From NCBI GenBank assembly GCA_963849055.1, contig CAWKFI010000004.1, positions 848,224-912,223 of the forward strand: 64,000 nucleotides of DNA, written 5' to 3'. The position numbers and the translations under genes were made by a program. This DNA comes from an uncultured Actinomycetota bacterium (GTDB lineage: Bacteria; Actinomycetota; Actinomycetes; Mycobacteriales; Mycobacteriaceae). Below, one piece after another: positions 19,982-30,249 of the stretch (the stretch's first letter is position 1; every line of letters begins with the position of its first letter). The notes under the pieces are model-generated. The model ran no database searches. It saw nothing but the letters and a program-made list of their open reading frames with translations, and was not told where the DNA came from.

Positions 19982-21123
19982 GCGTCACGGATCTGACCTC
20001 CGAAGCGACGGCGCCGCCCGCCTCCGTGGCCGGGTCCGTCGAACTCCGCTCCCTCACCAAGGTTTACGGGTCGGCCGTTGCCGTGGACAACGTCACTCTC
20101 CACGTGCAGGCCGGCGAGTTCCTCAGCCTGCTTGGGCCGAGCGGGTGCGGCAAGACGACGACGCTGCGGATGATCGGTGGATTCGAATTCCCCGACGACG
20201 GCTCCATCCAGATCTCGGGCCGCAACGTCGAGAACCTGCCCCCGCACAAGCGCCCGGTGAACACCGTGTTCCAGGCCTATGCACTGTTCCCGCACATGAA
20301 GGTCGCCGACAACGTCGCCTACGGTCTGCGCCGCTCGGGCGTGCCGAAGGCGGAGATGGCAGGCCGGGTGAGCCGCGCCCTCGACATGGTGAGGATGACC
20401 GCCTTCGCCTCTCGGAAGCCGGCGCAGCTCTCGGGCGGCCAGCAGCAACGCATCGCTCTGGCGAGGGCTCTGGTGAACCGCCCCGCCGTGTTGCTGCTCG
20501 ATGAGCCCATGAGCGCCTTGGACCGGAAACTACGGGAGGAGATGCAGGTCGAGCTGAAACTGCTGCAGCACGAACTGGGCACGACGTTCATCTTCGTCAC
20601 CCACGACCAGGAGGAGGCGCTGTCGATGAGCGATCGCGTCGCGGTGATGAAGGACGGCCGGATCGAGCAGATCGGCACGGCCTCAAGCGTTTACGATGAG
20701 CCGGAGTCAGCCTTCGTGGCCGGGTTCATCGGCAGGCAGAACTCCTTCACCGGCACGATCGCATCCTTCGATCGCGCGGGGGTGAGTGTGCAGACCGCAG
20801 GTCTGTCGCTCCATTCCTCACGCCCGACCAAGGGCAGCGTGCCTGCCGCGGCCGGCGCCGAGGTCACCGCGGCGATCAGGCCGGAGTCGGTCGTGGTCAC
20901 GACTGCGCCAGCCGGTGCAGCCTCGGACACGCTGGTCAACTCCGTCACCGGCACACTGCTCGGGGTCTCCGAACTCGGCCACAGCCTGCAGTTGGTCATC
21001 CACACTCCGAGCGACGACCAGATCCTGGCCCGTCTGCCCCGCGCCGCCAACCCACCCACCGAACTCGGATCGCCCGTGACGTGCTCGTGGTCGGCGGACG
21101 CCGTACGGATCTTCACGTCATAG
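19978..21123 (+). CDS. potA: Polyamine ABC transporter ATPase (PotA-like)
   Basis: GPSGCGKTT, NTVFQAYALFPH, LSGGQQQR, LLLDEP, THDQEEA. Confidence 0.88.
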   Translation: MSVTDLTSEATAPPASVAGSVELRSLTKVYGSAVAVDNVTLHVQAGEFLSLLGPSGCGKTTTLRMIGGFEFPDDGSIQISGRNVENLPPHKRPVNTVFQAYALFPHMKVADNVAYGLRRSGVPKAEMAGRVSRALDMVRMTAFASRKPAQLSGGQQQRIALARALVNRPAVLLLDEPMSALDRKLREEMQVELKLLQHELGTTFIFVTHDQEEALSMSDRVAVMKDGRIEQIGTASSVYDEPESAFVAGFIGRQNSFTGTIASFDRAGVSVQTAGLSLHSSRPTKGSVPAAAGAEVTAAIRPESVVVTTAPAGAASDTLVNSVTGTLLGVSELGHSLQLVIHTPSDDQILARLPRAANPPTELGSPVTCSWSADAVRIFTS

Positions 21124-21173
21124 CCGCTCGTTCCCCTACCCATCGTCTCCCGACCCGAACTGGAAGTCACGCC

Positions 21174-22322
21174 ATGAATCAGCAGAAGAACATCCGTGCT
21201 CTCGTTCCCGACGCGATGCGGAACTCGCTCAGCCGCCGAACCTTTCTGGGCGGCACCGCCGCGCTCGGGGTCCGGCGCCTTCCTTGCCGCCTGCTCCAGT
21301 GGATCGGGCGGCGGTGGCTCGTCATCCGACGGGCTCAACATCTACACCTGGGGCGAGTACGACGACCCTGCCGTGCTGACGGACTTCACCTCCGCCAAGG
21401 GCCCCAAGATCACGCTCGACTCGTACGGCTCGAACCCCGAGATGATCGCCAAACTCAGTGCCGCCAAGGGCACGACGGGCTACGACATCTGCGTGCCCAC
21501 CCACTCGAACATTCAACAGATGGCGACCGCCGGACTGCTCACCGAGCTCGATCACTCGAAGCTGCCCAACATGAAGCAACCTCACTGCCAAAGTGGTCGA
21601 CACCCCGTTCGACCCCGGCAACAAGTACAGCGTCTGCAAGGACTGGGGCTCGACCGGCTACGTCTACGACACCACGGTCATCAAGCGCGAACTGAAATCG
21701 TGGGCCGACTTCCTCGACGCCGCGCAAAAGGAGGCGTCGGGCAGCCTGTCACTCCTCGAAGACCAGAGCGAGGTGGCGTTCACCTACTTCTACGCCAACG
21801 GAATCGACGAGAACACAACCGATCCCGCCCACATCGCGGCCTACCGCTCCTTCATCATCGACAAGATCGCTCCACACGTGCAGGCGTTCGAATCGTCGAC
21901 CAACGCCTCGATCTCCTCTTCCGCCCGCACCTTGATTCACTGCTGGAACGGCGATGCCCGCCTGGGCATCCTCGCGAACGCCGAGCCCGACAGGTACAAG
22001 TGGGTCTGGCCGTCGGAGGGCGCAAACCTCTGGCAGGACAACTGGGCCATCGTCAAGGGCGCACCACACGAAGACGCTGCGTACGAATTCATCAACTACG
22101 TGCTCGACCCCGTCGTCTCCCTCAAGGAGCTCACTCTACATCGGATACAACACCGGGATCAAGGGAATCGAGGATGCGGCCAAGAAGGCCGACATCAAGC
22201 GGCCCGACTTGGTCTTCATCAGCGACGACATCATGAAGAAGCTGGTCTACAGCCAGATGACGTCCGCAGAGGGCACCATCATCGGCATCTACGACGAGCT
22301 CAAGGCCGCGGCGGGCAAGTGA
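21174..22322 (+). CDS. potD: Polyamine ABC substrate-binding Tat lipoprotein (PotD-like), about 3 frameshifts
   Basis: SRRTFLGG Tat motif, FLAAC lipobox, LNIYTWGEY, DPGNKYSV..DWGSTG, WNGDA, PSEGANLWQDNWAI across frames. Confidence 0.82.
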
Positions 22323-23289
22323 CCGCCCTGGAGGAACACCCGGCGCCGATGCCGAGTGCGGCGGGCGCCCAGCCCTCGCGTCGAAGGCTGCGTCTGCCAG
22401 GAGGACTCGGAGCGCTGCCGATCAGCGTCTGGATCCTGCTGTTCTTCATCCTGCCGTTCGGCCTGGTGGTCTGGTACAGCTTCGGCTACAAGCCGGACAT
22501 CTACACCACCCACGCCAATGACATCCTGTCGTTCGACCGCTACGGCCAGGCTGCCTCGCCCGCATTCTTCGCGATCTTCGTTCGGACGCTGAAGATCGCC
22601 GTCGTGGGAACCGTGCTCTGCCTGGTGATTGCGTTTCCGATGGCCTATTGGATGGCCGTCAAACTGGCCCCCAAGTGGCGCGGCGTCGTGCTGGCCCTGG
22701 TCCTCATCCCGTACTGGACAAACTTCCTCGTTCGCACCATCGGATGGCAAATCTCGCTCAGCCCAGAGGGTTTCGTGTCGAAGGTCCTGCAGCTGGGCCA
22801 ATCTGACCGACGGCCCGCTACACGTGCTCTACACCTCGGCTGCGGTTCAGCTCGGCGTGGTCTACAACTATCTGCCGCTGATGATCCTTCCGCTGTACGT
22901 GGCGCTGGAGCGTCTCGACCCGAAACTGCTCGAGGCCAGTCGCGACCTCGGCGGCACGGCGTGGGACACGCTGTGGCGCATCACCGATTCCGTTGGCCGC
23001 GCCGGGCGTGACCGCCGGAATGCTGCTGGTCTTCGTTCCTTTGATGGGCGATTACATCACCCCGACCGTTCTCGGCGGGGCCAGCGGCAGCATGGTCGGC
23101 CAGATGGTGGCCGCCCAGTTCCAGAGCGCCCAGAACTGGGCGCTCGGCGCGGCGATGGCCGTCCTGCTCATGCTGGCCATCTTCGGCACCAGCGCCGTGG
23201 TCGGCGGACTCCTCAAAGTGGTCGGTGTGATCGCCACTGCTGCGACGTCACTGAAACTGCCGCTCAAGGAGCTCATGACCGTCGCGTGA
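22319..23289 (+). CDS. potB: Polyamine ABC permease (PotB-like), frameshifted
   Basis: LIPYWTNFLVRTIGW, VYNYLPLMILPLY, LLEASRDLG, DYITPTVLGG across frames. Confidence 0.82.
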
Positions 23290-24155
23290 CGGGCCCTCGT
23301 CGGCGCAGGATCCGTCCCGCCGACACCTTCCTGAACGTCTGGGGCGTGCTCGGGCTGGGGTTCCTCTTCTTCCCGATCGTCGTCATCGTGGTGTTCTCGT
23401 TCAACAGCGGGCGCACCCTCCAGACGTTCGAGGGGTTCGGCGTTCGAGCCCTACGTCGCGGCGATGACCAACCCGCGATCACCAACGCGATCACCGTCTC
23501 GTTGATCACCGCCGCAGGCACCGCGGTCGTGGCCACGCTGCTCGGCACCTTCGCCGGGATCGCATTGACCCGTCGGCCCGGCTGGTGGGCGCCTGGGCTG
23601 CTCGTGCTCCTGGGCCTGGTGATGGTGACCCCGGAGATCGTCAGCGCAATCTCGCTGTTGCCCTGGTTCGTCACCCTCGGCGTCGACTGGGGGCTCGGCG
23701 GCTTCAACATCGGTCAGGTGCGGCTCATCATCGCCAACTCGCTCTTCGCGAGCGCTGTCGTCACCTTCATCGTGCGCGCCCGGATGACCGGGATGAACGA
23801 GTTCCTCGAAGAGGCGGCCGCCGACCTGTACGCCCCGCCCTTCCGGCGGTTCACCGACATCACACTGCCGCTCATCCGTCCCGCCGTCATCTCGGGTGCG
23901 CTGCTTGCCTTCACCCTCAGCCTGGACAACACGGTGGTCTCGTCGTTCGTCTCGGTCGCCGGGTCGACGCCTTGGCCGGTGTACATCTTCGCGTCGCTGA
24001 AGGCGTCGCTGCGGCCGGAGATCGCGGCGATGTCCACGCTGATGCTCGTGCTCACCCTGATCGTTCTCGGCGTGGCCGCCCTCATCCTCCGGCGGGATCC
24101 GGCGGGTTCGGCGGGTGGCGCCGCGGGCCTCACGGGTGCGATGGTGGGCCGATGA
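23286..24155 (+). CDS. potC: Polyamine ABC permease (PotC-like)
   Basis: FPIVVIVVFSFN, PEIV, LEEAAADL, AFTLSLD. Confidence 0.85.
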   Translation: MTGPRRRRIRPADTFLNVWGVLGLGFLFFPIVVIVVFSFNSGRTLQTFEGFGVRALRRGDDQPAITNAITVSLITAAGTAVVATLLGTFAGIALTRRPGWWAPGLLVLLGLVMVTPEIVSAISLLPWFVTLGVDWGLGGFNIGQVRLIIANSLFASAVVTFIVRARMTGMNEFLEEAAADLYAPPFRRFTDITLPLIRPAVISGALLAFTLSLDNTVVSSFVSVAGSTPWPVYIFASLKASLRPEIAAMSTLMLVLTLIVLGVAALILRRDPAGSAGGAAGLTGAMVGR

Positions 24156-25530
24156 GGGCTGAAACGGCGAGGTTTCCTTCTGGTGGAACAGCATTGGGCC
24201 GGCACCGGTGCGGCAGGCACTGCCCGGTTCCACGCAGGCCGACGTCTGCATCATCGGTGCCGGCTACACCGGGCTCTGGACGGCGTACTACCTCAAGAAG
24301 GCGGCGCCGCAGTTGCGGATCGTCGTGCTGGAGCAACGGTTCGCGGGCTTCGGGGCGTCGGGGCGCAACGGCGGCTGGCTCACCAACGAGATCACCGGTG
24401 GCCGCGGCTCCTACCTGAAGTCGCACGGACGAGAAGCGGTGGGGCGCCAGCAGACCGCGATGAACGAGACCGTCGACGAGGTCATCCGCGTCACCCGCGC
24501 GGAGAACATCGACTGCGACTTGATCAAGGGCGGCGAGTTCACGGTTGCCACGAACGCCGCTCAGCAAGCCCGCCTGCTCGACGCCGTCGCCGAGGCCCGT
24601 GAGTGGCCGATGACGGACGTCGAACTTCTCAGCGCGGCAGAGGCCACTGCGCGCATCAACGTGCACGGCACGACGGGAGCGATGTGGCACCCGCACTGCG
24701 CACGGCTGCACCCGGCGAAACTCGCCGCGGGTCTCGCCAGGGTCGTCGAATCGCTGGGCGTCGAGATCTACGAGCACACCCGGGTCGACGAGATCCGTCC
24801 GCACGAGGCGAAGACTGCGGTGGGCACGGTCACGGCCGACACGATCGTCAGGGCCACTGAGGGATTCACAGCCCGGATGAGCGGTCTACGGCGCACGTGG
24901 CTGCCGATGAACTCCTCGCTGATCGTCACCGAACCGCTGCCCGCCGAAACGTGGGCCGACATCGGCTGGAACGGCTACGAGACACTCGGCGATCAGGCTC
25001 ACGCCTACATGTATGCGCAGCGCACGGCGGACGACCGCATCGCCATCGGCGGCAGAGGCGTCCCGTACCGGTACGGCTCGGGCACCGACGTCGACGGGGC
25101 GACGGACCCGAAGACCGTCGGGCTCTTGCGCGAGATCTTGACCCGTTTCTTTCCCTCGACGGCCGTGCGGCGGTGGAGCACGTCTGGTCCGGCGTACTCG
25201 GGGTGCCGCGGGACTGGTCGGCGACGGTGGGACTCGACCCCTCGACGGGGCTCGGCTGGGCGGGTGGTTACGTGGGAACCGGCGTGACGTCGACCAACCT
25301 CGCGGGCCGCACCCTGCGCGACCTCGATTCTGAAGTCCTCGTCGGCGCTCACCGAGCTGCCGTGGGTGAACCACCACGTGCGCAAGTGGGAGCCGGAACC
25401 GTTGCGGTACATCGCCGTACAGGCCCTCTACGCCGCCTACTACGCCGCCGACCGGGCGGAGTTGCGCGGCCGCCGCGGTACGTCGCCGATCGCGACGGTG
25501 GCCGACCTCGTCTCGGGACGCGGCCACTGA
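24152..25530 (+). CDS. FAD-dependent oxidoreductase (DAO/PuuB-like), frameshifted
   Basis: NGEVSFW, IIGAGYTGLWTAYYL, GASGRNGG, RATEGF, YAQRTADDR, GGYVGTGV, KWEPEPLRY; stop at 25528-25530. Confidence 0.85.
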
Positions 25531-25536
25531 CCAAAC

Positions 25537-25590
25537 GCGGGTCTGTGAGCGTCTTCGTTCGCGGAACGAACGCGAGCGCGCCCAACTCGC
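25537..25590. repeat. REP-like imperfect palindromic repeat, copy 2
   Basis: gcgggtctgtgagcgtcttcgttcgcggaacgaacgcgagcgcgcccaactcgc. Confidence 0.6.
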
Positions 25591-25602
25591 CCAGTACGCG
25601 GC

Positions 25603-25631
25603 TTGACATGTTGTTGGGTTTTCCCAACAAT
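25603..25631 (+). promoter_or_regulatory. SigA promoter with a perfect palindromic operator
   Basis: TTGACA (25603-25608)-N17-AACAAT (25626-25631), then ATG 7 nt later; operator TTGTTGGG-tttt-CCCAACAA at 25611-25630. Confidence 0.72.
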
Positions 25632-25638
25632 TAGTTGT

Positions 25639-25926
25639 ATGAGTCCGGTGAGGCGAGGGGAAACATTCCCCATCCACAACCGCATCGGCGTGCTTCGCGC
25701 CGAACGGCGGATGTCTCGGGCGCAGCTAGCGGAGTTGATCGACGTCAACCCGCAGACGGTCGGCGCGCTGGAACGGGGTGATCACTATCCCAGCCTCGAT
25801 TTGGCGTTCCGGATCTGCGACGTCTTCGGCCTGCCCGTCGAGGCGGTGTTCTCCCGCACGCCGTTCGCTCCGCTGTCCACCGAGCTCTACCGCAAATCGA
25901 TACCGATGCAAGGAGGCGACGGGTGA
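25639..25926 (+). CDS. Small XRE-family HTH regulator
   Basis: NRIGVLRAERRMSRAQLAELIDVNPQTVGALERGDHYPSLDLAFRI. Confidence 0.9.
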   Translation: MSPVRRGETFPIHNRIGVLRAERRMSRAQLAELIDVNPQTVGALERGDHYPSLDLAFRICDVFGLPVEAVFSRTPFAPLSTELYRKSIPMQGGDG

Positions 25927-26471
25927 TGAACCCCTCGACGAAGAACAGTAAGCCGACGCTCATCGACCGATACCAGAACCACCGAACCCGAAGGTTCCTC
26001 AAGCACGAACGCACCTACGCGAACGCCCTCCCCAGATGGCGCAGCCAGGCGCGGCGCCGGCTCCTGGTGGTCGGACTGTCGTTCACCTTCGCGTTCATGT
26101 TCGGGGTAAGCGTGTTGTGCGCGTTCGGGATTCGGTGGGCGCCGCTGCTCTGGTTGCCGGCCTGTCTGCTCTACTTTCCGCTGTGGATCACACTGCAAGT
26201 AGTGTCCGGACGGCAGGGTGACGCCCCCGAGGGGGCGCTAGACGAATACGAAGTGCAACAGCGCAACACGGCGCGGTCGATCGGGCTCACGGTCACGCAG
26301 ACGCTGATGTTGATTCCGGCCGGATACCTGATCTTCGGATCGGTCTACACCGGGGGCACCGACACCGCCATGGCATACGCCGGCGGCCTCATGGTCCTCA
26401 CCATGCTCTCGATCGGCGCATGCACGCCCGCGATGATCCTCGGTTGGACCCTGCCGGATCCGGACGACTAG
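25923..26471 (+). CDS. 4-TM membrane protein translationally coupled to the XRE gene
   Basis: Hydrophobic segments around [14 protein letters not shown]; GTGA overlap. Confidence 0.8.
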   Translation: MMNPSTKNSKPTLIDRYQNHRTRRFLKHERTYANALPRWRSQARRRLLVVGLSFTFAFMFGVSVLCAFGIRWAPLLWLPACLLYFPLWITLQVVSGRQGDAPEGALDEYEVQQRNTARSIGLTVTQTLMLIPAGYLIFGSVYTGGTDTAMAYAGGLMVLTMLSIGACTPAMILGWTLPDPDD

Positions 26472-28138
26472 GCCGACCGGCCCCGCTCGGTGCGGTAGCG
26501 GCGCACCAGGGCGTCGGTCGAGCTGTCGGACTGTTCGGCGGGGGAGCCGTCGTTGATGATCACCGGCAGCAGCGCCTTGGCCTGGGTCTTGCCCAGCTCC
26601 ACACCCCACTGGTCGAACGAGTCGATGCCCCAGATCACGCCCTCGGTGAACACCTGGTGCTCGTAGAGCGCGATCAGCTGGCCCACCACCGACGGCGTCA
26701 GCTTGGTCGCGAGAATCGAAGTGGTCGGCCGGTTTCCGGGCATCACCTTGTGCGGGACGACGTCGGCGGGCGTGCCCTCTGCGGCGATCTCCTCGGCGGT
26801 CTTGCCGAACGCCAGCACCTGCGTCTGCGCGAAGAAGTTGCTCATCAGCAGGTCGTGCATGCTGCCCGTGCCGTCGGCGGTGGGCAGGTCGTCGGTGGGC
26901 TGGCTGAACCCGATGAAGTCGGCGGGAATCAGCCGGGTGCCCTGGTGCAGCAGCTGGTAGAACGCGTGCTGGCCGTTGGTTCCCGGTTCGCCCCAATAGA
27001 TTTCGCCGGTGTCGGCGGTCACCGGGGTGCCGTCGGCGCGCACGGACTTGCCGTTGGACTCCATCGTCAGCTGCTGCAGGTACGCCGCGAAGCGGGCCAG
27101 GTCGTTGGAGTAGGGCAGCACCGCCCGCGCCTGCGCGTCGAAGAAGTTGTTGTACCAGAGCCCGATCAGGCCAAGCAGCACAGGCGCATTCGCCTCCAGC
27201 GGCGTGGTCCTGAAGTGCTCGTCGACGATGTGGAAGCCGGCGAGGAACTCCGCGAACCGCTCCTTGCCGATCACCGCCATCACCGAAAGGCCGATCGCCG
27301 AGTCCACCGAGTAGCGGCCACCGACCCAGTCCCAGAACCCGAACATGTTGTCGGTGTCGATGCCGAAGTCGTCGACGAGCTCGCTTGTTGGTCGAGACCG
27401 CGACGAAGTGCTTGGACACCGCGGCGTCGCCGAGCGGCGTCGGTCAGCCAGCGCCGCGCGGCGGTCGCGTTGGTGAGCGTCTCCAGGGTCGAGAACGTCT
27501 TCGATGCGACGATGAAAAGCGTTGTCGCCGGGTCGATGTCGGCCAGCTTGGCGACCAGGTCGGCCGGGTCGACGTTGGAGACGAAGCGCGCCGAGATACC
27601 CGCGTCGGCGTAGTGCCGCAGCGCCTGGTACACCATCACCGGCCCGAGGTCGGAGCCGCCGATGCCGATGTTGACGACGGTCTTGATGCGCTCGCCCGTC
27701 GCGCCCGTCCACTCGCCGCTGCGCAGCCGGTCGGTGAAGTGCGCCCATCGAGTCGAGGACCTCGTGCACGTCGGCGACGACGTCCTGGCCGTCGACCGTC
27801 AGCTGCGCGCCCTTGGGCAGCCGCAGCGCCGTGTGCAGCACCGCGCGGTCCTCCGAGGTGTTGATGTGCGCGCCGGCGAACATGGCGTCGCGGCGGCCTT
27901 CGAGGTCTGCCGCCTTCGCCAGGTCGACGAGCAGCTGCAGCGTGTCGCGCGTCACCCGGTGCTTGCTGTAGTCGATGTAGAGATCGCCGACGCTCAGCGT
28001 CAGCTCGCGGCCGCGTTCGGGGTCCTCGTCGAAGAGCTCGCGGAGGTGTTTCGCACCGATCTCGTCGTGATGCCGGACCAACGCGTTCCAAGCAGGGGTA
28101 GCGGTGATGTCGGGAATCTGAACGGACTGGGCGGTCAT
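26468..28138 (-). CDS. pgi: Glucose-6-phosphate isomerase (internal frameshifts near 27385-27750)
   Basis: [52 protein letters not shown]. Confidence 0.95.
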   Translation of the reverse strand: MTAQSVQIPDITATPAWNALVRHHDEIGAKHLRELFDEDPERGRELTLSVGDLYIDYSKHRVTRDTLQLLVDLAKAADLEGRRDAMFAGAHINTSEDRAVLHTALRLPKGAQLTVDGQDVVADVHEVLDSMGALHRPAAQRRVDGRDGRAHQDRRQHRHRRLRPRAGDGVPGAAALRRRGYLGALRLQRRPGRPGRQAGRHRPGDNAFHRRIEDVLDPGDAHQRDRRAALADRRRSATPRCPSTSSRSRPTSELVDDFGIDTDNMFGFWDWVGGRYSVDSAIGLSVMAVIGKERFAEFLAGFHIVDEHFRTTPLEANAPVLLGLIGLWYNNFFDAQARAVLPYSNDLARFAAYLQQLTMESNGKSVRADGTPVTADTGEIYWGEPGTNGQHAFYQLLHQGTRLIPADFIGFSQPTDDLPTADGTGSMHDLLMSNFFAQTQVLAFGKTAEEIAAEGTPADVVPHKVMPGNRPTTSILATKLTPSVVGQLIALYEHQVFTEGVIWGIDSFDQWGVELGKTQAKALLPVIINDGSPAEQSDSSTDALVRRYRTERGRSA

Positions 28139-28187
28139 TCTTCGACCCTAATGCGGCGCGCCTTTCGAAGGTGTAAATGATGGAGGT

Positions 28188-29640
28188 ATGGACACCGACA
28201 AGCTGTTGTCATCCGTTCCCACCGGCTTGTGGATCGGCGGTGAGGAGCGTGCTGGTTCGTCGACCTTCGACGTGCTCAATCCCGCGACCGACGAAGTGCT
28301 GATCTCCGTCGCCGACGCCACGCCAGAGGACGGTCATCGTCGCACTCGACGCCGCAGCCGCCGTGCAGGCCGAGTGGGCCGCCACCCCGGCGCGTGAACG
28401 CGGCGAGATCCTGCGTTCGGTGTTCGAGACCATCACCGCCCGCGCCGAGGACTTCGCCGCGCTGATGACGCTGGAGATGGGCAAGGTGATCGCCGAGAGC
28501 CGCGGCGAGGTGAAGTACGGCGCCGAGTTCTTCCGATGGTTCGCCGAGGAGGCCGTCCGCATCGGCGGCCGCTACACGCCCAGCCCGGCGGGCACCGGCC
28601 GCATCCTCGTGACCAAGCAGCCGGTCGGGCCCGTGTTTCGCGATCACGCCATGGAACTTCCCGCTGGCGATGGGCACCCGCAAGATCGGCCCCGCGATGG
28701 CGGCCGGCTGCACGATGATCGTCAAGCCCGCGCAGGAGACCCCGCTGACCATGCTGCTGCTGGCCAAGCTGATGGACGAGGCGGGGCTGCCGAAGGGCGT
28801 GCTGTCGGTGCTGCCGACGTCCAAGGCCGGTGACCTCACCACCGCGTGATCGACGACGGGCGGCTGCGCAAGCTGACGTTCACCGGCTCGACCGGGGTGG
28901 GCAAGGTGCTGGTCAAGCAAGCGTCCGACAAGCTGCTGCGCCCGTCGCTGGAACTCGGCGGCAACGCTCCGTTCGTCGTGTTCGACGACGCCGACGTCGA
29001 CGCCGCGGTCGAGGGCGCGCTGCTGGCCAAGATGCGCAACGGCGGCGAGGCCTGCACGGCCGCCAACCGCTTCCACGTCGCGAACGCGGTGCGCGAGGAG
29101 TTCACCGAGAAGCTGGTCAAGCGGATGAGCGAGTACACCCTGGGCAACGGCCTCGATTCGTCGGCCACGCTGGGCCCGCTGATCAACGCCGAGCAGGTCG
29201 GCACCGTCGAGGACCTGGTGTCCGACGCGGTGGCGCGCGGGGCGACGGTCGCCGTCGGCGGCGTCGCACCGGGCGGGCCCGGCTACTTCTATCCGGCGAC
29301 CGTGCTGGCCGACGTGCCCGCGCGAGGCCCGCATCCTCAAGGAGGAGGTGTTCGGGCCCGTCGCGCCGATCGCCGGGTTCGACACCGAGGAAGAGGGCAT
29401 CGCCGCGGCCAACGACACCGAGTTCGGGCTGGCCGCCTACATCTACACCCAGGCTCTGGACCGTGCGCTGCGGGTGGCCGAGGCCCTCGAGGTCGGGCAT
29501 GGTCGGCGTCAACCGCGGCGTGATCTCCGACGCGGCCGCGCCGTTCGGCGGCGTCAAGCAGTCCGGCTTCGGCCGCGAAGGGGGCTCGCGAGGGCATCGA
29601 GGAGTACCTCGAGACCAAGTACATCGCGCTGACCAACTAG
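28188..29640 (+). CDS. gabD: NAD(P)-dependent succinate-semialdehyde dehydrogenase, multiple frameshifts
   Basis: [61 protein letters not shown]. Confidence 0.85.
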
Positions 29641-29655
29641 GCCCTTCAGCGTCGA

Positions 29656-29705
29656 GACTGCGGTGAGATCGCGTTGAGACGCGAGATCGCGATCTCACCG
29701 CAGTC
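29656..29705. repeat. Long perfect hairpin (REP-like or bidirectional terminator) between convergent gabD and chorismate mutase
   Basis: GACTGCGGTGAGATCGCG (29656-29673) and CGCGATCTCACCGCAGTC (29688-29705) form an 18-bp stem. Confidence 0.8.
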
Positions 29706-29718
29706 GGCGCGAAGGGAA

Positions 29719-30049
29719 TCAGTGCCCGAGGCGGCCGCGGCCCAGGCGCAGCAGCAGCATCGCCAGGTCCTTGCCCTCGGGGCCGAGTTCGCTGAAGCGC
29801 TCGATGACCTTCATCTCGCGGCTGTGCACCAGGCGGGTGCCGCCGGAGGCCATCCGGGCCTTGCCGATGAGCCTGCGAGACCTCGGTGCGGCGCTTGACC
29901 GCGGCGAGGATCTCGGCGTCGAGCTGGTCGATCTCCTGGCGGAGCCTCGTCGATGTCGAGATCTGTCGGCGTCCAGTGATGCTGGATGAAGACATTGGTG
30001 ACTCCTGATTCTCATCTCTCGCTTGATTGTGTGGCGTTTCTGGTCTCAT
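29719..30049 (-). CDS. Cytoplasmic chorismate mutase (AroQ-delta, Rv0948c ortholog), frameshifted
   Basis: MRPETPHN..., LRQEIDQLDAEILAAVKRRTEVS, IGKARMASGGTRLVHSREMKVIERFSELGPEGKDLAMLLLRLGRGRLGH; alternative start at ATG 29995. Confidence 0.9.
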
Positions 30050-30150
30050 CCGGATTCGGGCCTCACACAAGAGACGAGCCCCGGATCCGGAAGCGGACCG
30101 CGGGGCTCTGGGAAGCAGCTAGACCACGGGCACCGCAGGCCGGTACCCGT
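30050..30150 (-). promoter_or_regulatory. Putative attenuator RNA with competing hairpins in the chorismate mutase leader
   Basis: Stem 30126-30150; stem A 30076-30108; alternative stem B pairs 30076-30090 with 30050-30064 and covers GAGG. Confidence 0.65.
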
Positions 30151-30178
30151 AAAAAAATCGTCCCTGCTGATGGAGCAC
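30119..30178 (-). CDS. Putative Phe/Tyr-rich leader peptide MLHQQGRFFYGYRPAVPVV
   Basis: GTG CTC CAT CAG CAG GGA CGA TTT TTT TAC GGG TAC CGG CCT GCG GTG CCC GTG GTC TAG; TGG-CACACT -10-like element 7 nt upstream (leaderless). Confidence 0.65.
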   Translation of the reverse strand: MLHQQGRFFYGYRPAVPVV

Positions 30179-30217
30179 GAGATCGAGTGTGCCACCAAGG
30201 GCCGCGTCGGCGCAAAG

Positions 30218-30240
30218 TGTCTCTGGTCCAGCGGTAAGTT
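30218..30240 (+). promoter_or_regulatory. Possible PafBC/RecA-NDp-type DNA-damage promoter of uvrD1
   Basis: TGTC-N13-TAAGTT; one nt longer than the recalled consensus spacing. Confidence 0.35.
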
Positions 30241-30249
30241 TGTAGGGCC

